Shown here piece by piece: positions 41,043 to 55,469 of a DNA stretch of 64,000 nucleotides. The position numbers and the translations under genes were made by a program. Source of the stretch: the human T2T-CHM13v2.0 reference genome, Homo sapiens. Under the pieces are notes generated by a model, which saw only the letters and a program-made list of their open reading frames with translations, ran no database searches and had not been told where the DNA came from. Position 1 is the stretch's first letter. Every line of letters starts with the position of its first letter. The stretch is from assembly GCF_009914755.1 (NCBI RefSeq), contig NC_060930.1, one strand, 5' to 3'.

Positions 41043-42852
41043 TCTATATATTTTTAAGTCCACTAGGCATTTTTATTATTGTTTTATAAGACAAAATTTA
41101 TTTAGCTTTAACCCCATATTTACCTTTTTCATTGCTCTTTACTCTTCAATGTCTGTGCCTTTCTCTGTAGTTATATTCCTTCTTAAAGAATGCCTTTCAG
41201 TATTTATATTTACACAATTCTGCTGGCAAGAAACTATTATTGTTATTACTTCAAAAAACCCTTTGTTTTCATTTATAAGTATATTTTTATTTCAAATAGA
41301 ATTTTAGGTTAGCAAGTATTTTATTTCATCACTTTGAAGACAAACTTTACTTTGTAGCTTTCATTATTTCTGTTGAGACAGCACCTGTCATTATCACTTT
41401 CTTGCTGCTTTGAAAGTAAGGTGTCTTTTTTTTACCCTCTGTCTGCTTTAAAGATTTTCTCCTTGTCTTTGGTTTTCCTATGATATGCCTAGAAATTGAT
41501 TTCTTTGACATTGTTGGAGCTCATAATGATTCTTGAGTTTGTGGTTTGATATATTTCATTATTTTTGAAAATCTTGGTCATTATCTCTTCAAATATTGCT
41601 TTTGCCCCTTTTCTCTCTTGTCATTTTCTGGGACCACAAATATATGTGTTAATCTTAGACCTGGATACTTTTTACGTACTGAAATTATAGGTCACTAATT
41701 TTCTCTTCAGCTGTGTCTAATTTGCTCTTTAACTTATTTATTGCATGTTTTTTAGTTATTGTATTTTTCAGTTTTAGGATTTCCATTTCCATTTTATACT
41801 TCTTCTTATTAACTCTAGTTGTCTGGTGAAATTCTTTATCCTGTTGTTAAATTTTGAACATGTAAATCGTAGTTTATTTTAAATGCTCTGCTTATTAACT
41901 TCAATATCTGCATCCCTATGAGTCTATTTTTACCATCTGTTCTATATCGTGTTCTTTTCTCTTGATATATAGGCCTGGTAAGTTTTGAATGAATATCAGA
42001 CATCATGTATGAAATAATGTACATGCTCTGGATGATTATATTCCTCCAGAGAAGAACAGATTACCTTAATTCAACCAGGGCTTAATTGGTTTCTATGCTT
42101 GACGTCTGTCTGTTTGAAGATCTGATCTATTTCCACTCTACCTTAATTTTTATGGTGCAGTTCTTCAAGAAATCTTAGGTAGCTTATACAGTATTCCCTC
42201 AAATAAGCAGACACTTAACTGTATGTGTTCTCTGCTCAGCACAGTGAGATTGCTAATAGCCTTGCTTAGATTTTTAGCCTCTTAGCAGGTACTTATCGTT
42301 GACCCTGGGTACCAAGTTCACTTTTGCAAACTTCCTTTCTGGACAAGATCTTGAACTTTCAAGTCCTAACTGTGTTGGTAGCCCTAAACTCCAGGTATGT
42401 CTTTATAGCTGCTAAGACTGCAGAAAATTCTACTCAAATTTTCTCCAACTCTCCAGTTTTTGATCAGCTTCTAAACATTCCTGCCCACTTTACTTATGAA
42501 TTAGCAAATGCATTGAATGGGAAAACCTTGAAAAGTGTCAGACTCACTTCCGAGTTTTCTTTCCATGATCTTAGCCTCTCAAACCTGTCGCTTTGGTACC
42601 ATTTTGATGGTGCCATTCAAATTGTTTTTCTGTATTTTACAAACTTTTAAAGTTACTCTCAATGGGAGAATTGGTTCTTATTATAACTGAAAGCAGAAGC
42701 CTTTCTAAGCCACAGAAATGGGCATTTATTGTGTACTTATTCCCCTTTATTACATAAAGACAATGTATATTTGTTGTAGTAAACATAGAAGACCCAGAAA
42801 TATTAAAAGAAATAATACATCTTCCAGAGATAATTATTTTAATATTGATATA

Positions 42853-43185
42853 TGCTACGGACTGAATGCTTGTGTCTGCAAAATTCATATGTGGAAGCAC
42901 CAACCCACAATGTGATTGTATTTAGAGATGAGCCTTTGGGAGGTAATTAGGTAATGAGGGGAGGGCCCTTCATGATGGGATTAGTGCCCTTATAAGAAAA
43001 GACACCACAGAACTTGTTGTTTCTATCTCCGCAACATGTTAAGACATGGTGAAAAGGCAGCCATCTGCCAGCCAGGAAGAGGGCCGTCACAGAACCTGAC
43101 CGTGGTGGCACCATGATCTCTGACTTCCAGCTGACTAAAACTGAATATATGAGGTTGACTAAATATATATGTTGGTGTCTAAAAC
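42853..43185 (+). mobile_element. MaLR LTR (MLT1A-like)
   Basis: tgctacggactgaatg...catgatgggattagtgcccttataag. Confidence 0.75.
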
Positions 43186-43600
43186 TATATATATATATAT
43201 TCAAAATTTATTATATATAAATTATACAAAATTATTATATGTAAACATATAATACAATATTTAATAAAGAATATACGTTATAATATATTACATATTAATA
43301 TATAATCATATCTTACATTCTAATATATATCAGCACATATATAAATATATAATATGTAGTGTTTATATACATAACTATATGTGTGTGCATATATATAGGA
43401 TATATACACTATATACTATCATCTTTATACTAACATCTTTACTTTTATATATGTTCAAAAATTTCTAGACTAAGAATGGTGTATGTGCAAATATATATCT
43501 AAATTGTTTATATTTAGACATATATCTAAAATATCTGCATATCTGAATATATACTCAGTCATTATATGTTGTATACATATTTTGTTTTTCACTAAGCAAA
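43186..43600. repeat. AT-rich low-complexity region
   Basis: Degenerate (TA)n. Confidence 0.7.
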
Positions 43601-43801
43601 ATCTTATATATAATTTTTATTATCTGATTCATTTAAATTTAGCAATAAAATAAAAAAAGAAACCTTTTCTTATGTCATTAAATATTATTCTACTACACAT
43701 TTTAATGTTATGGATGAGCCTAATTAGATTTCTTTCTAACATTTTATGATTTAAAGTAATGCTATGATGAACACACATATGCATAATATTTTGTATATTT
43801 T

Positions 43802-44145
43802 TGATATGGTTTGGCTGTGTCCCCACACAAATCTCATCTTGAATTCCCACGTGTTATGGGAGGGACACAGTGGGAGGTAATTGAATAGTGTGGGCAGGTC
43901 TTTCCTGTGCTATTCTTGTGATAGTGAATAAGTCTCATGTGATCTGATGGTTTTAAAAAGGGGAGTTTCCCTGCACAAGCCCTCTTCTCTAGTCTGCTGC
44001 CATGTGAGATGTGCCTTTCACCTTCCACCATGATTGTGAGGCCTCCCCAGACACGTGGAACTGTGAGTCCAATAAACCTCTTTCTTTTCTAAATTGCCCA
44101 GTCTCGGGTATGTTTTTACCAGCAGCCTGAAAATGAACTAATACA
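43802..44145 (+). mobile_element. THE1B/C solo LTR
   Basis: tgatatggtttggctgtgtcccc...aactaataca; perfect 5-bp TSD atttt. Confidence 0.9.
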
Positions 44146-44332
44146 ATTTTATATTGTTCCCTCATGATAGGTTCTTAGACATGGAGTTTACTAAGATAGG
44201 TAAACAATTTAGATCTATATTTGAACTTACACATTTTTTTATCCTAGAAATTTTTGAACATATGTAAAAGTAAAGATAATAGTATAAAGAGCTTCCAAGT
44301 ACCTAGAACCCATTGTCACAATTTAAGCAAAT

Positions 44333-44452
44333 TTTGAGATGGGAGTTTCACTGTGTTGCCCAGGCTGGTCTTGAACTTCTGGCCTGAAGCAATCCTCCCA
44401 CCTCAACCTCCCAAGTAGCTGGGATTACAGGTGCAAGCCACTGTGCCCAGCC
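44333..44452 (-). mobile_element. FLAM Alu monomer
   Basis: Single left monomer, ~120 bp. Confidence 0.8.
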
Positions 44453-46613
44453 ATTTCAGCAAGATTTTTAAAATGTGATTGGACCTCTAATTTCAATAAT
44501 GAATAAACAATTCATTCCTATCTGTTAGAGAACTCACTAGATATTAGGGCTTTTTTCCGCCCCAAGTATTTGCCTTTTCAATTTCCTCCAATCGTCAATG
44601 CACAATACCCACAAACTTCTAGGAGTCCAGTTTATATCTGCATTACAGAAAGCCTTGAATAGCTGAGGGGCTAAATTTACATTGCTACATCAGGAACTCT
44701 AGAACATCATAGCAGGACCTCAGGTATGTTGTTTTTCTTTGGGGCCCCCAGAAAGTTTGGGAGAAGGGGAAATATACAAATGGGACTTGGGCTCAAAGTC
44801 AAGTTCTTGGAAATTAGGAAGAGTAAGGCCCCATACATACAGGGCAAGGGAAGAATTGTGCTTCTGGAAGAGTAGGGTCTCATTCTTGACTGGGGATTAG
44901 TCAAGGGATATTATGTATTTCTTTTTGAAGATTGGCTTAGGGTTCATAGAAAAAGGCTATTGGGAAATGTCACTTTGAAGATTTTCAGACTCAGATTCCG
45001 TAGGACTTGGGAACTGTCCTGAAATGAAAGAGAGATAAACTTCAGAGTGAAGGGCTGCTTTTTGAGGCCAAAATTACTTAGACCCTGAGTGATTTAAAAC
45101 TGGCTGAAAGAGCTACATCACCTGAGGGAACGTTTGTTGCATGGAGAGTGAAAGACAGTGAGACTGTCAGGGGTAACAAATGTGTCACTCATCAATGTCA
45201 CAGACTGAAAGAGAGCAGGAAGAGGAGTTGGAAATGGTCAACAGTATTGGAGCAGATGAGTGTGGGTGCAGACACTGGAAAAAGACACCAAAGGACCTGA
45301 GGTAAAAAGCAGCATCGGTGAGGGAAGTGGGAGTGGCGTGTCAGGGTAGCTGTGCTCATGAAACTTACAGCTGAGTACTTGGGGGTGGGGTGGGGGAGAA
45401 ACATGGCTCAAGCCCCTTACCGCATGGTTTATAGCCTAGATTCTTGATTTTTTTTTCTGACAAACAGCATAGACTAAAAGAATAATTTTATTTTTGTTGT
45501 TATTCATTTTATTCCAGGTAACTTCAACTTATTTTCTTCCATAAAAAATAAACATATTAACCTTCTACAAACTAGAATCATCTTACAAATTAACAAAGAA
45601 ATTGCACTGCTAAATAACTCTTCTAGTAGCTTTTCTCCCAGAACAAAATACTTGCCCACAATCAGTGCATTAAATGTGTAAGTGTGCATGTGCATTTGTG
45701 TGTGTGTGCGTGTGTGTGTTTGTTGAGATGAAGGAGTAAGCATAGGGCATAAATGTACAAGAAAAGTAAGGCAACACAGGCTACATTTCAGAGGAATGTC
45801 ACAAAGGCTGGGAAAAACACCTCCAGTTGGGGAGGCTGAAAGGATTTCATGCAGGAGGTGGTTCTTAAATGAAGCTTGAATGTTATATAAGATTATAACA
45901 AGAGTAATGGTAGAAAAACATTCCAGATGATTCTCACTTTGTATGGAAAACCTATGGGCCAATGAACTGTGTATCTTATTGTGTCATATTCATGGACATG
46001 TTTTTGTCCAGATTAAAGTACATATGTTAAAGCTTAGAAGCTGGAAAACAAATTTTGAGGCCATATATAGCAAAAAAAACCTCTCCATGTGAGGCTGGAA
46101 ACACTGCAGTGCAGCAGGAACTCAGGAGTTAGCCAAGTAATTTTAGAAAAATTGAACTTTTTCTTATTTCTCTGAATAATAACCTAAAATCTCCATCTGT
46201 TTTTTCTTAATTTTTTTTTTAAATTTAAAAATCAATGTAGAAGACTAGAACATTCTGGGAAAAGAGAACAAGAAAAGAAAAAAAAAAGGCAACCATAATT
46301 TGACCACCTGGAATCAATCTTTTGCCGTATTTTCTTCCACAAATATTTATTTACATTATTTGTGAAAGCATTTATGAAACTTTAAAGATTTAATTTGTAT
46401 GTATCATATTACATCATAAACATTTCTCCGTGCTATTTTACAGTTTTCATAAATATCAATTAATGGCCTCCAGTATTCCATGATATTGATGTACCACAGT
46501 TTAATTAATCATTTGCCTCCTGTTGAATTTACGGGTTACCTCCTCTTTATAGGAGGGTAGTGAGTCTGCAAAACAGAAAAAGAATGATCTTTGTGGTTTA
46601 GAATGATAGATAG

Positions 46614-46971
<358 letters not shown>

Positions 46972-48559
46972 TATATATATATATCTTTTAATAAATTTAT
47001 TTATATTTTAGTTTTGAAAGAATAAAACGTACCAGTAAGAGACAAGCAGACCTGACATGAAAAGAACCCAGGTACTTAATTAAATTAGATCCTCATTGAA
47101 ATGATAGTTGTAATCAAACAGCTAATGCTATCTTAGGTTTTGAATGTAAAAGATAGTGCCACAATAAAAGTAAGAGTCCTGCTAAACTTTGATAAGTTAC
47201 TTTAGGAAAGAACAATTATTTGAGAATGAAGAAGTAACAGGGAAAAGTCAATACTTCCCAAGGTGATTGCCCACATATAAGATGATGAGCTTCAGATTTC
47301 GACCTTTAAATGTACATTGGTGATGAGAATGAGTAATATTACTTTCCAGGAATGCCTCCTCCATGACATCATGCTAATAGCTAGCTCAGAGTTCTAAGCA
47401 TTTTTAAATTAAAGAAGTTGCTTTACAACAAATGTTACCTTCCATTTTTCACATCTAATGAATCAGAAAAATGCAGTTGGAGTAAAACTTTTATTTAAAA
47501 CTTTTATTAATGAATTAGATAAATGAAGTTAAGGTAAAACTTTTATTGAAATCTAACTCATCAGGTCCTCAAAGTTCTTATTATGGCCATGAATTTCTAA
47601 TATACATAAAATATGTAGATGTCAATGATAAAGCCTCAGAAATTGAGTGGAAACAAAGACACTGGTGTGTTGCATAATATGAAAAATTTAATTATAATTA
47701 TTATTTACTCAAGGTGCTTTTTAAAGAATGCTTATTAGAAGGAAAGGTGAAGGGGTGACATGTACAAAGATTAGTATCTCACCATTTAAAAAGTATACAA
47801 TTGAATGAGGGCATAAGGGATTAACTAAGATACAGTGACATATGTTTTATAATAGCTTGGTATAAAGAATCATGAGGACCAGAAAGAGTGAGAAACTAAT
47901 GATTCTGTTTGTTGGAGAGGAATGGAAAGAATGGAATGCTACATATAGGTGACATTTAGCTGATTTTCGAGGACAAAGAGAGGATAAGAAATCAGTTGCC
48001 TCGTGAAAAGACAAAGAAAGCTTATGTCTGACAAAAGCCATATTCTAATTGGATAGCAAGCTGAGTCTTACAAGTCTATTAAGATGTAGATAAATATATT
48101 TTGAAGGACTTTTTAAATAAAATCATTGCAATCAAAGAGATTCTCTTCCTTTAGTTAACCAGAAAATTAGTAATAATTTTGTTAAGCACTGTGCTTTACA
48201 GGTCAAATGTCATTTATTCTTCACAGCTACCCCATAACACAGGTATTATATTGTTATCCATTTGGCTCATGGAGAAAAGAGGTTAGAGTTTCAGTATCAT
48301 CTTAAGGTCATTTAGTCAGACTTGGTATTGGAACCCATGTATTCGTCATAACTGAATTCTCTGCACTATTTGTTTTTTAACCATTTAGTTTTGTGAGGTT
48401 TCTTCAACACATCAGATTTATTATTAGCATGCAGACATGTGTGAGTGGGTGCACATATACAGTGATTTGTTTATTATAGCCTGACGACATGGATCACATA
48501 GTTCATTTTGTACACATCTTTTAGGTTCATTCATGCTCATCACCCTCCTATTTAAATTT

Positions 48560-48720
48560 TGACAGCAAACTCTCCTATGCACTATTTTAAGCATTTGGTC
48601 TATATTAACTCATTTAATCTTAAGTAACTTCCTTAAAGGCATACAACTAGCAAGTAGTGGAGCTGGGATTTGAACCCAGGACATCGGATTCCAGGAGCTA
48701 TGCTAATAATCACTACAGTA
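48560..48720 (-). mobile_element. MIR SINE
   Basis: attaactcatttaatc...ggagctgggatttgaacccagg. Confidence 0.7.
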
Positions 48721-49189
48721 TACTTCTATTTAAATCTTAGCTATCCTTTAAGTTCTCATACTTGAAATCATCTCACCTTAAGCAGTCTTTGACGGTTTCA
48801 GGTTGAGCTCCCAAGAATCATACATATGGAACTCACTGGAATTTTCTAACCTTATTGTGTAATGTGCTATACATATTAATTTTTCTGCTGTTATTGGACT
48901 AAAAGCCCAATGACTGACATCACCACAAGCCACATCTTCTCTCTTTTCAGTGTTTGTCATCTGGAAAATGCTCAATACATATTTGTGTAATGGTTAGTTA
49001 AAACTGTAATTGTGAATATCAGTTATTTATAATTGCATTGTCCTGTAATACATTGATTCACCTAGGGTCCATCTCAATATGCAGAGCTATTGATCTTGAC
49101 CCTCAGTATCTCTGAATTTTTATTTTTAGGAATTCTTTATTTTATTATATATAGTAGATTATATAAGTAATTATATACATTTTATTTAA

Positions 49190-49503
<314 letters not shown>

Positions 49504-50300
49504 AAATTTTATTTCTTTAGAGCAGTTTTAGATTCACAGCAAAACTGAGTGGAAAGTACAGAAAGTTCTCATATGCACAACTTCCTCCACTATCAACATC
49601 CCACACCAGGGTGGTACCTTTACAATTGATGAACCTACATTGCCATGTTATACTCATCCAAAGTTTGTAGCTTACATTAAGTCTCACTCTTGGTATTGCA
49701 CATTCTGTGAGTTTCGATAAATGTGTAATAACATGTATTTACTATTATAGTATCATACAGAGTAGTTTCACTGTCCTAAAAATCCTCTGTGCTCCTCCTA
49801 TTCGTCTCTCCCCTCCCTTAACCCCTAGCAATAACTAACATTTTTACTGTCTCCATGGTTTTGCCTTTTCCAGAGTGTCATATAGTTGGCATTATACAGT
49901 ATGTATAATATAATATACATAATATATGATATAATATAATGTAATATGATATAATGAAAAGCCTTTTTTGATTGGCTTTTTTCACTTAGTAATATGCATT
50001 TAGTTTCCTCCACATTTTTTCATGGCTTAATAGCTCATTTTTTCAATGCCAAATAATATTCAATTGGCTGGATGTACAACAGTTTATTTATTTATTCACC
50101 TACTACGGGATATCTTGTTTGCTTTTAAGTCTTGGCAATGATGAATAAAACTGCCATAAACATTTGTGTGCAGGTTTTTGTGTGGGCATGTTTTTAATTC
50201 ATTTGGGCAAATACCAAGGAGCACAATGGCTGGATTGTATGGTAAAAGTACATTTAGTTTTGTAAGAAACTGCCAAACTGTCTTCCAAAGTGGCTATTGC
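49504..50300 (-). mobile_element. L1MC-type 3' end
   Basis: tttagagcagttttagattcacagcaaaactgag...gaaactgccaaactgtcttccaaagtggct. Confidence 0.75.
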
Positions 50301-50359
50301 AATCACATCTTGCATCTGCGTTTGATACCTCTAGTTTACTTCTGTACATAAAAAATTAT

Positions 50360-50885
50360 TATTGTGAGAACACATAATATGGGATTAACCAATTTTTAAG
50401 TGTACAGTCAGTATTGCCAACTATATGCACATAATTGTAAAGCAGATCTCTAGAACTTACGCATCCTGCATGACTAAAATTTATACCCATTGCACAGCAA
50501 CTCCCCACTTCCTCCTTTCCTCAGCCCCCTGGAAACCACCATTTTATTTTCTCATTCTTTTGAGTTTGACTACTTTAGATACATCACAAAAGTGGAATCA
50601 CGCAGTATTTGTATTTAAGTACCATTTGATCCAGTAATTCCACTTCTGGGCATTGATCCAAAAGAATTAAAAACAAGATTTCAGAAAGATATTTTCATTA
50701 CCGTATTTATTAATTACAGCATTATTCGCAATAGCCAAGAGGTGGAAAGAACTTAAATGCCCATTGAAGGATGAATGTATAAATGAAACGTTGTATAGAC
50801 ATACAATGGAGTATTATTTAGCCTTAAAGAAGAAGAAAATCCTGTCAAATGGTACAATATGGTTAACTTTGAGGATATTATGCTA
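50360..50885 (-). mobile_element. L1MA/MB 3' end with inverted 5' segment (50620-50885 in + orientation)
   Basis: Antisense to gcagtatttgt, then sense taccatttgatccag...gaggatattatgcta. Confidence 0.65.
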
Positions 50886-51127
50886 CCTTTTTTTTTTTTT
50901 TTGAAAACAGCAACAACGACAAAGATCTAGTTTTTTATTTTTCTTTTCCCCCAAAGAATGTCATTGACCGAGGTTTGAAATGACTGGTTCCAGTCCCACT
51001 TATACCCTTTTCTCCTCTGGGCAAATTACTTAAACTCTCTAAGCCTTGGTTTCTCTCTTCTTTTTTTTTTTTCTTTTCAATGTTAATTTTAATTTAAATC
51101 TGTTTAACACCAATATTGTGCTACCTA

Positions 51128-51707
51128 ATTTTTTTTTAAATTATACTTTAAGTGCTGGGGTACATGTGCAGAATGTGCAGGTTTGTCACATAGGTATACA
51201 CGTGCCGTGGTGGTTTGCTGCATCCTTCAACCCGTCATCTACATTAGGTATTTCTTCTAATGCTACCACTCCCCTAGCCCCCAACCCCCTGAAAGGCCCC
51301 GGTGTGTGATGTTCCCCTCCTGTGTCCATGTGTTCTTATTGTTCAACTCCCGCTTATGAGTGAGAAAATGCATTGTTTGGTTTTCTGTTCTTGTGTTAGT
51401 TGCTGAGAATGATGATTTCCAGCTTCATCCATGTTCCTGAAAAGGACATGAACTCATCATTTTTTTGGCTGCATAGTATTCCATGATGTATTTGTCCCAC
51501 ATTTTCTTTATCCGGTGGGCATTTGGGTTGGTTCCAAGTCTTTGCTATTGTCAACAGTGCTGAAATAAGCATACGTGTGCATGTGTCTTTATAGTAGAAT
51601 GATTTATAATCCTTTGGGTATATACCCAGTAATGAGATTGCAGAGTCAAATGGTATTTCTGATTCTAGATCCTTGAGGAATTGCCACACTGTCTTCCACA
51701 ATGGTTG
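51128..51707 (-). mobile_element. L1PA7/8-type 3' end
   Basis: ggtacatgtgcagaatgtgcagg; ORF 51396-51701 is the L1 ORF2 C-terminus. Confidence 0.9.
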
Positions 51708-54271
51708 TACTTTTAACCTCTTTTTTCCAACACTCTTTAGGCAGGGAACCAGAAACCTAAGCTTGTTAGAACTGTGTCTAAAGTAAGAGTAATTAGGTAC
51801 ATGGATCTGATCTAACAGATTCTGTGATACACATATTGGTATCTATGTTTGTGTGCTTAGAGAACTTTCTTGAATATTCCTGTTTTCAGTTTTCATTCTT
51901 TATAAGGTACATTATTACAGTCAACATAAATAATGTAACTAGAAAACAGAAAGAAACAAGAAGTGTTTGCATAAACTGCATGGAATTCAACAATTTGTAA
52001 GAAAGTTTATATAAAATGTGTAAATGAAATATATTGCTCAGACATCATTATGTAGTAGTTCCTGATGCCCACAGCTACTAGCTGACTAACTGTCATATTT
52101 ACGCCCTCAATTGGCAAGAGAGAGGTTGGGAAAATTCTGCTCACTGTTAAATTTTAAGGGTTGATAGATTTAGAAAATTCTGTCATTGTGTCATTATAGT
52201 ATTATTTCATTGCATGGAAGTGTCACCCAAGGGGTTCGCAAATTATATCTGAATGGAAATTTCATTTGGTACTAAAATAACCATGTCTTAAAATATCATT
52301 TACTTCACCTTGCTCACTTTCTTCCTGATTGCAACTCTTTGCTGAAGGGAAGTATTCCTGACTTTGCTCTCTGTAAATCTTCAGAGAGCCAATTTGATAA
52401 GAACTTTTAGAAATTTCCTTCAAAATACACACCCACACAGTTCCTTTTCAAGTTTTTTAACTGACATGCTTTGTATATCATTTAATCACCACATTCAGCA
52501 TTTACACATTTTCCAGGGAATTGCACTAGAACTCAAGAATGGGCCTATCACACATCAGCTAGTTTTGATTCACTGTCTTCCTCACTGCTTCATTCTGGCA
52601 GGAATCTTAGAGGGTGAAGGTGGGTGGATGACATGTCAAAAACACTTATTTTCCCATATGCAAGTGGTTTAGAAGCTCCTATTTAGGATTGTTGGAGGGA
52701 ACACATGCGCAGCCTTCTTCCTGCCCACCCTCTCCCCACCATTGGGTCTTCAACTGATAAGCCAGGATATTTCATGGAATTTTATGGGGTCTAAGCAAGA
52801 AATAATTACTTTTAATAAACTAAAATATGGTTGTGATTGGCATGTTGATCTAGCATTAAAAAGCTTTGTGAATTTAGCTTTTGAGATCCAAGCTGTTTCC
52901 TTACTCATACTTACAAGGTAAACATCACTATTAGGCAAATACAGTCTCCCCCACCTCTTTCTCTCTGTCTATATATACATGTAATCTAAATTTATAATAT
53001 ATAATATATAAAATTTATATATATTTATATTAGAGATATAAATATATATGTGTATACACACATAAGTATGGGTTTGGCATATAGTAGCCACTTAAGAAAC
53101 AGTAAGAGTTATTATTACCATCATCACCATTACTTTAAAGTTTATCATCTTAGTCATTGGGTGAAAAACATTTCCTTGAGGCGATAATGATAAATCTCTC
53201 CATGAGGTGCTACTTAATCTTTGTTTCTTTTGATGAGAAATTTGTCTATTCTGACTATTTAAAAACCTAGTGACTCTTTCTGATATTTTGTAACATGTAA
53301 CTAACTACGTTTTGCTGTGTTTCATATTCCATTATGCTTGTAGCAATTACCAGAAAGACACCGGATTGTCATGCTGGGTTGTCATGGATGGCCTCTTACA
53401 CTGTAGTTGGGGGCATGTTGTAATGTGGAAGAGTTGCGTGTGCTAATGATTTCTCACTATTCTTATGTTTTGTCACTGCTCACAACATGTCCATTTCTGA
53501 AGCATTATTGATTTTATTAGAACTCTGTCTCACTATATCTTCACATTGATATGAAAATAAATCAAGGACAAATATAGTTTTATTTGATGTAAGTCAATAG
53601 TTCTTAATTGTGGATGTGTTTTCATCAGAGTTAGCAGAGGTGTTTTAAATATGCATAACTGGACTTGAATTAAAAAATCCTCAGTGGGGCCCAGGCATAT
53701 TCCCGTGGTTCAATCATTTACTGAGGAGAATTCCATTGAATACATGGTTCCATAGACTTTTTTTTTCAAGAAATATTTTAATGACCATTAATCGTGTCAT
53801 TTTTTTTCTCTATTGTTTTTCTGTTTTCTATTTCATTGATTCTTATTTTTAGCTTTATTTTTTTCTTCTGTTTATATTTGCCTTTTAAAAAATTCTAGTT
53901 TCTTAATGTGGCACGTTAGGTCATTGATATGTAAACTTTTTCTTTCTATATTATGTTACGCATTTATGTCCTTATGATGAGTCAATCCCTGTATTATTAC
54001 AAAATGACCTTCCTTATCCCTTGCAAATTTCTTTGCTCTGAAATCTACTTTTTCTGATTTTAATATAGTCACTCTAGCTTTCTTTTGATCAGTGTTAGCA
54101 TGATATATCTCTTTTTTAGACTTTATTTTTAATACTTTTATGTCTTTATATTTAAAGTGCAATTCTTGTAGGCAGCATGTAGTTAGCTCTTTTTTTTCAC
54201 AATATACTCTGAGCATTTATTACCAATTTATTATTATTGGAGTCACAGGAATATCTCCAAAGGGTAAGAAC

Positions 54272-54396
54272 TTTTTTTTTAATTATTATACTTTAAGTTC
54301 TAGGGTACATGTGCACAACGTGCAGGTATGTTACATATGTATACATGCACCATGTTGGTGTGCTGCACCCATTAACCCGTCATTTACATTAGGTAT
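54272..54396 (-). mobile_element. Short 5'-truncated L1PA 3' end
   Basis: T9-aattattatactttaagttctagggtacatgtgcacaacg...acattaggtat. Confidence 0.9.
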
Positions 54397-54524
54397 TTTT
54401 TAATCTAATCTGTCAGTATCTGCCTTTTAGTTTTGGTGTTTGGACCATTTACATTTAATGTAATTATTTGTATGGTTAAATTTAAGTATCTCATCTTGCT
54501 ATTTGTTTTCTACTTATCCCATCC

Positions 54525-55032
54525 ATGGCGGTTAATTTTATGTGTCAAATTCACTGGGCTATGGTATATCCAGATATTTGGCCAAACATTATTCTGGGTT
54601 TATGAAGGTGTTTCTGGATGAAATTAACATTTGTACCAGTAGACTGAGTAAAGCAAATTGCTCTCCTTTATTTGAATGGATTCCATCCAATCAAGTGAAT
54701 GTCTGAATAGAACAAAAAAGCCCTCCTGTGAGTAGAGGAAGACTCTCTCTGTCTGACTGTCTTTGAGCTTGGACATCAGTCTTCTCCTGCCTTTAGATTT
54801 GCTCTTGGACTGGAACTTAAACCATTGGCTTTTCTGGGTGTCCAGCTTGCTGACTACAGATTTTGGAACTACTAAGTCTTTGTAAATGCATTAGCCATTT
54901 CCTTGTAATAAACTGATCTCTCTTTCTTGCTCACTGTATAAGTAACACACACATTATAACACATTATATAAAAAATATATAAATATATAAAATATATATA
55001 TCAGGGTTCTCCAGAGAACCCTGACCAATACA
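54525..55032 (+). mobile_element. ERVL LTR (MLT2B/D-like)
   Basis: ggttaattttatgtgtcaa...agtagactgagtaaagca...gagaaccctgaccaataca. Confidence 0.8.
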
Positions 55033-55469
55033 GTATTTATTCTTTGTTCTTCATTTCTTCTTTTATGATGTCATCTTATTTCCTTTGTTGGCTTATTAGC
55101 TACAACTCTTTGTTTTGTTAATTTGGTTGTTGCTTTAGGGATTAATATATATCTTTAACTGATCACAGTCTACATAGATACTACACATATGGCATAAGAA
55201 CCTTACGATATTACACTTGCATTTCTTCATTTCACTCCTTTGTGTTCTTTATGTTCACTTTAGTGAACACATATATATATGCACACACACACACTATTAA
55301 TCTCATACTATATTTTTATTATTTTTGCCTGAACAATTATACTTCTGGGAGATTTAAATAATAGTTACCTATATAATTACATTTCTGTTGCTCTTCATTT
55401 CTTTGTGATTTATGTTTCCAGGTTTCTTTCCCTTTATGTTTATTTTCTTAAAAATAAATTTATTAAAAG

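Larger units (their letters stand above)
53800..55430 (-). mobile_element. L1M fragment with the ORF2 endonuclease region, interrupted by L1PA and MLT2
   Basis: ORF 53956-54216 CCLQELHF..IYHANTDQKKA..VDFRAK..RDKEGHF is homologous to the L1 APE-like endonuclease. Confidence 0.8.
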
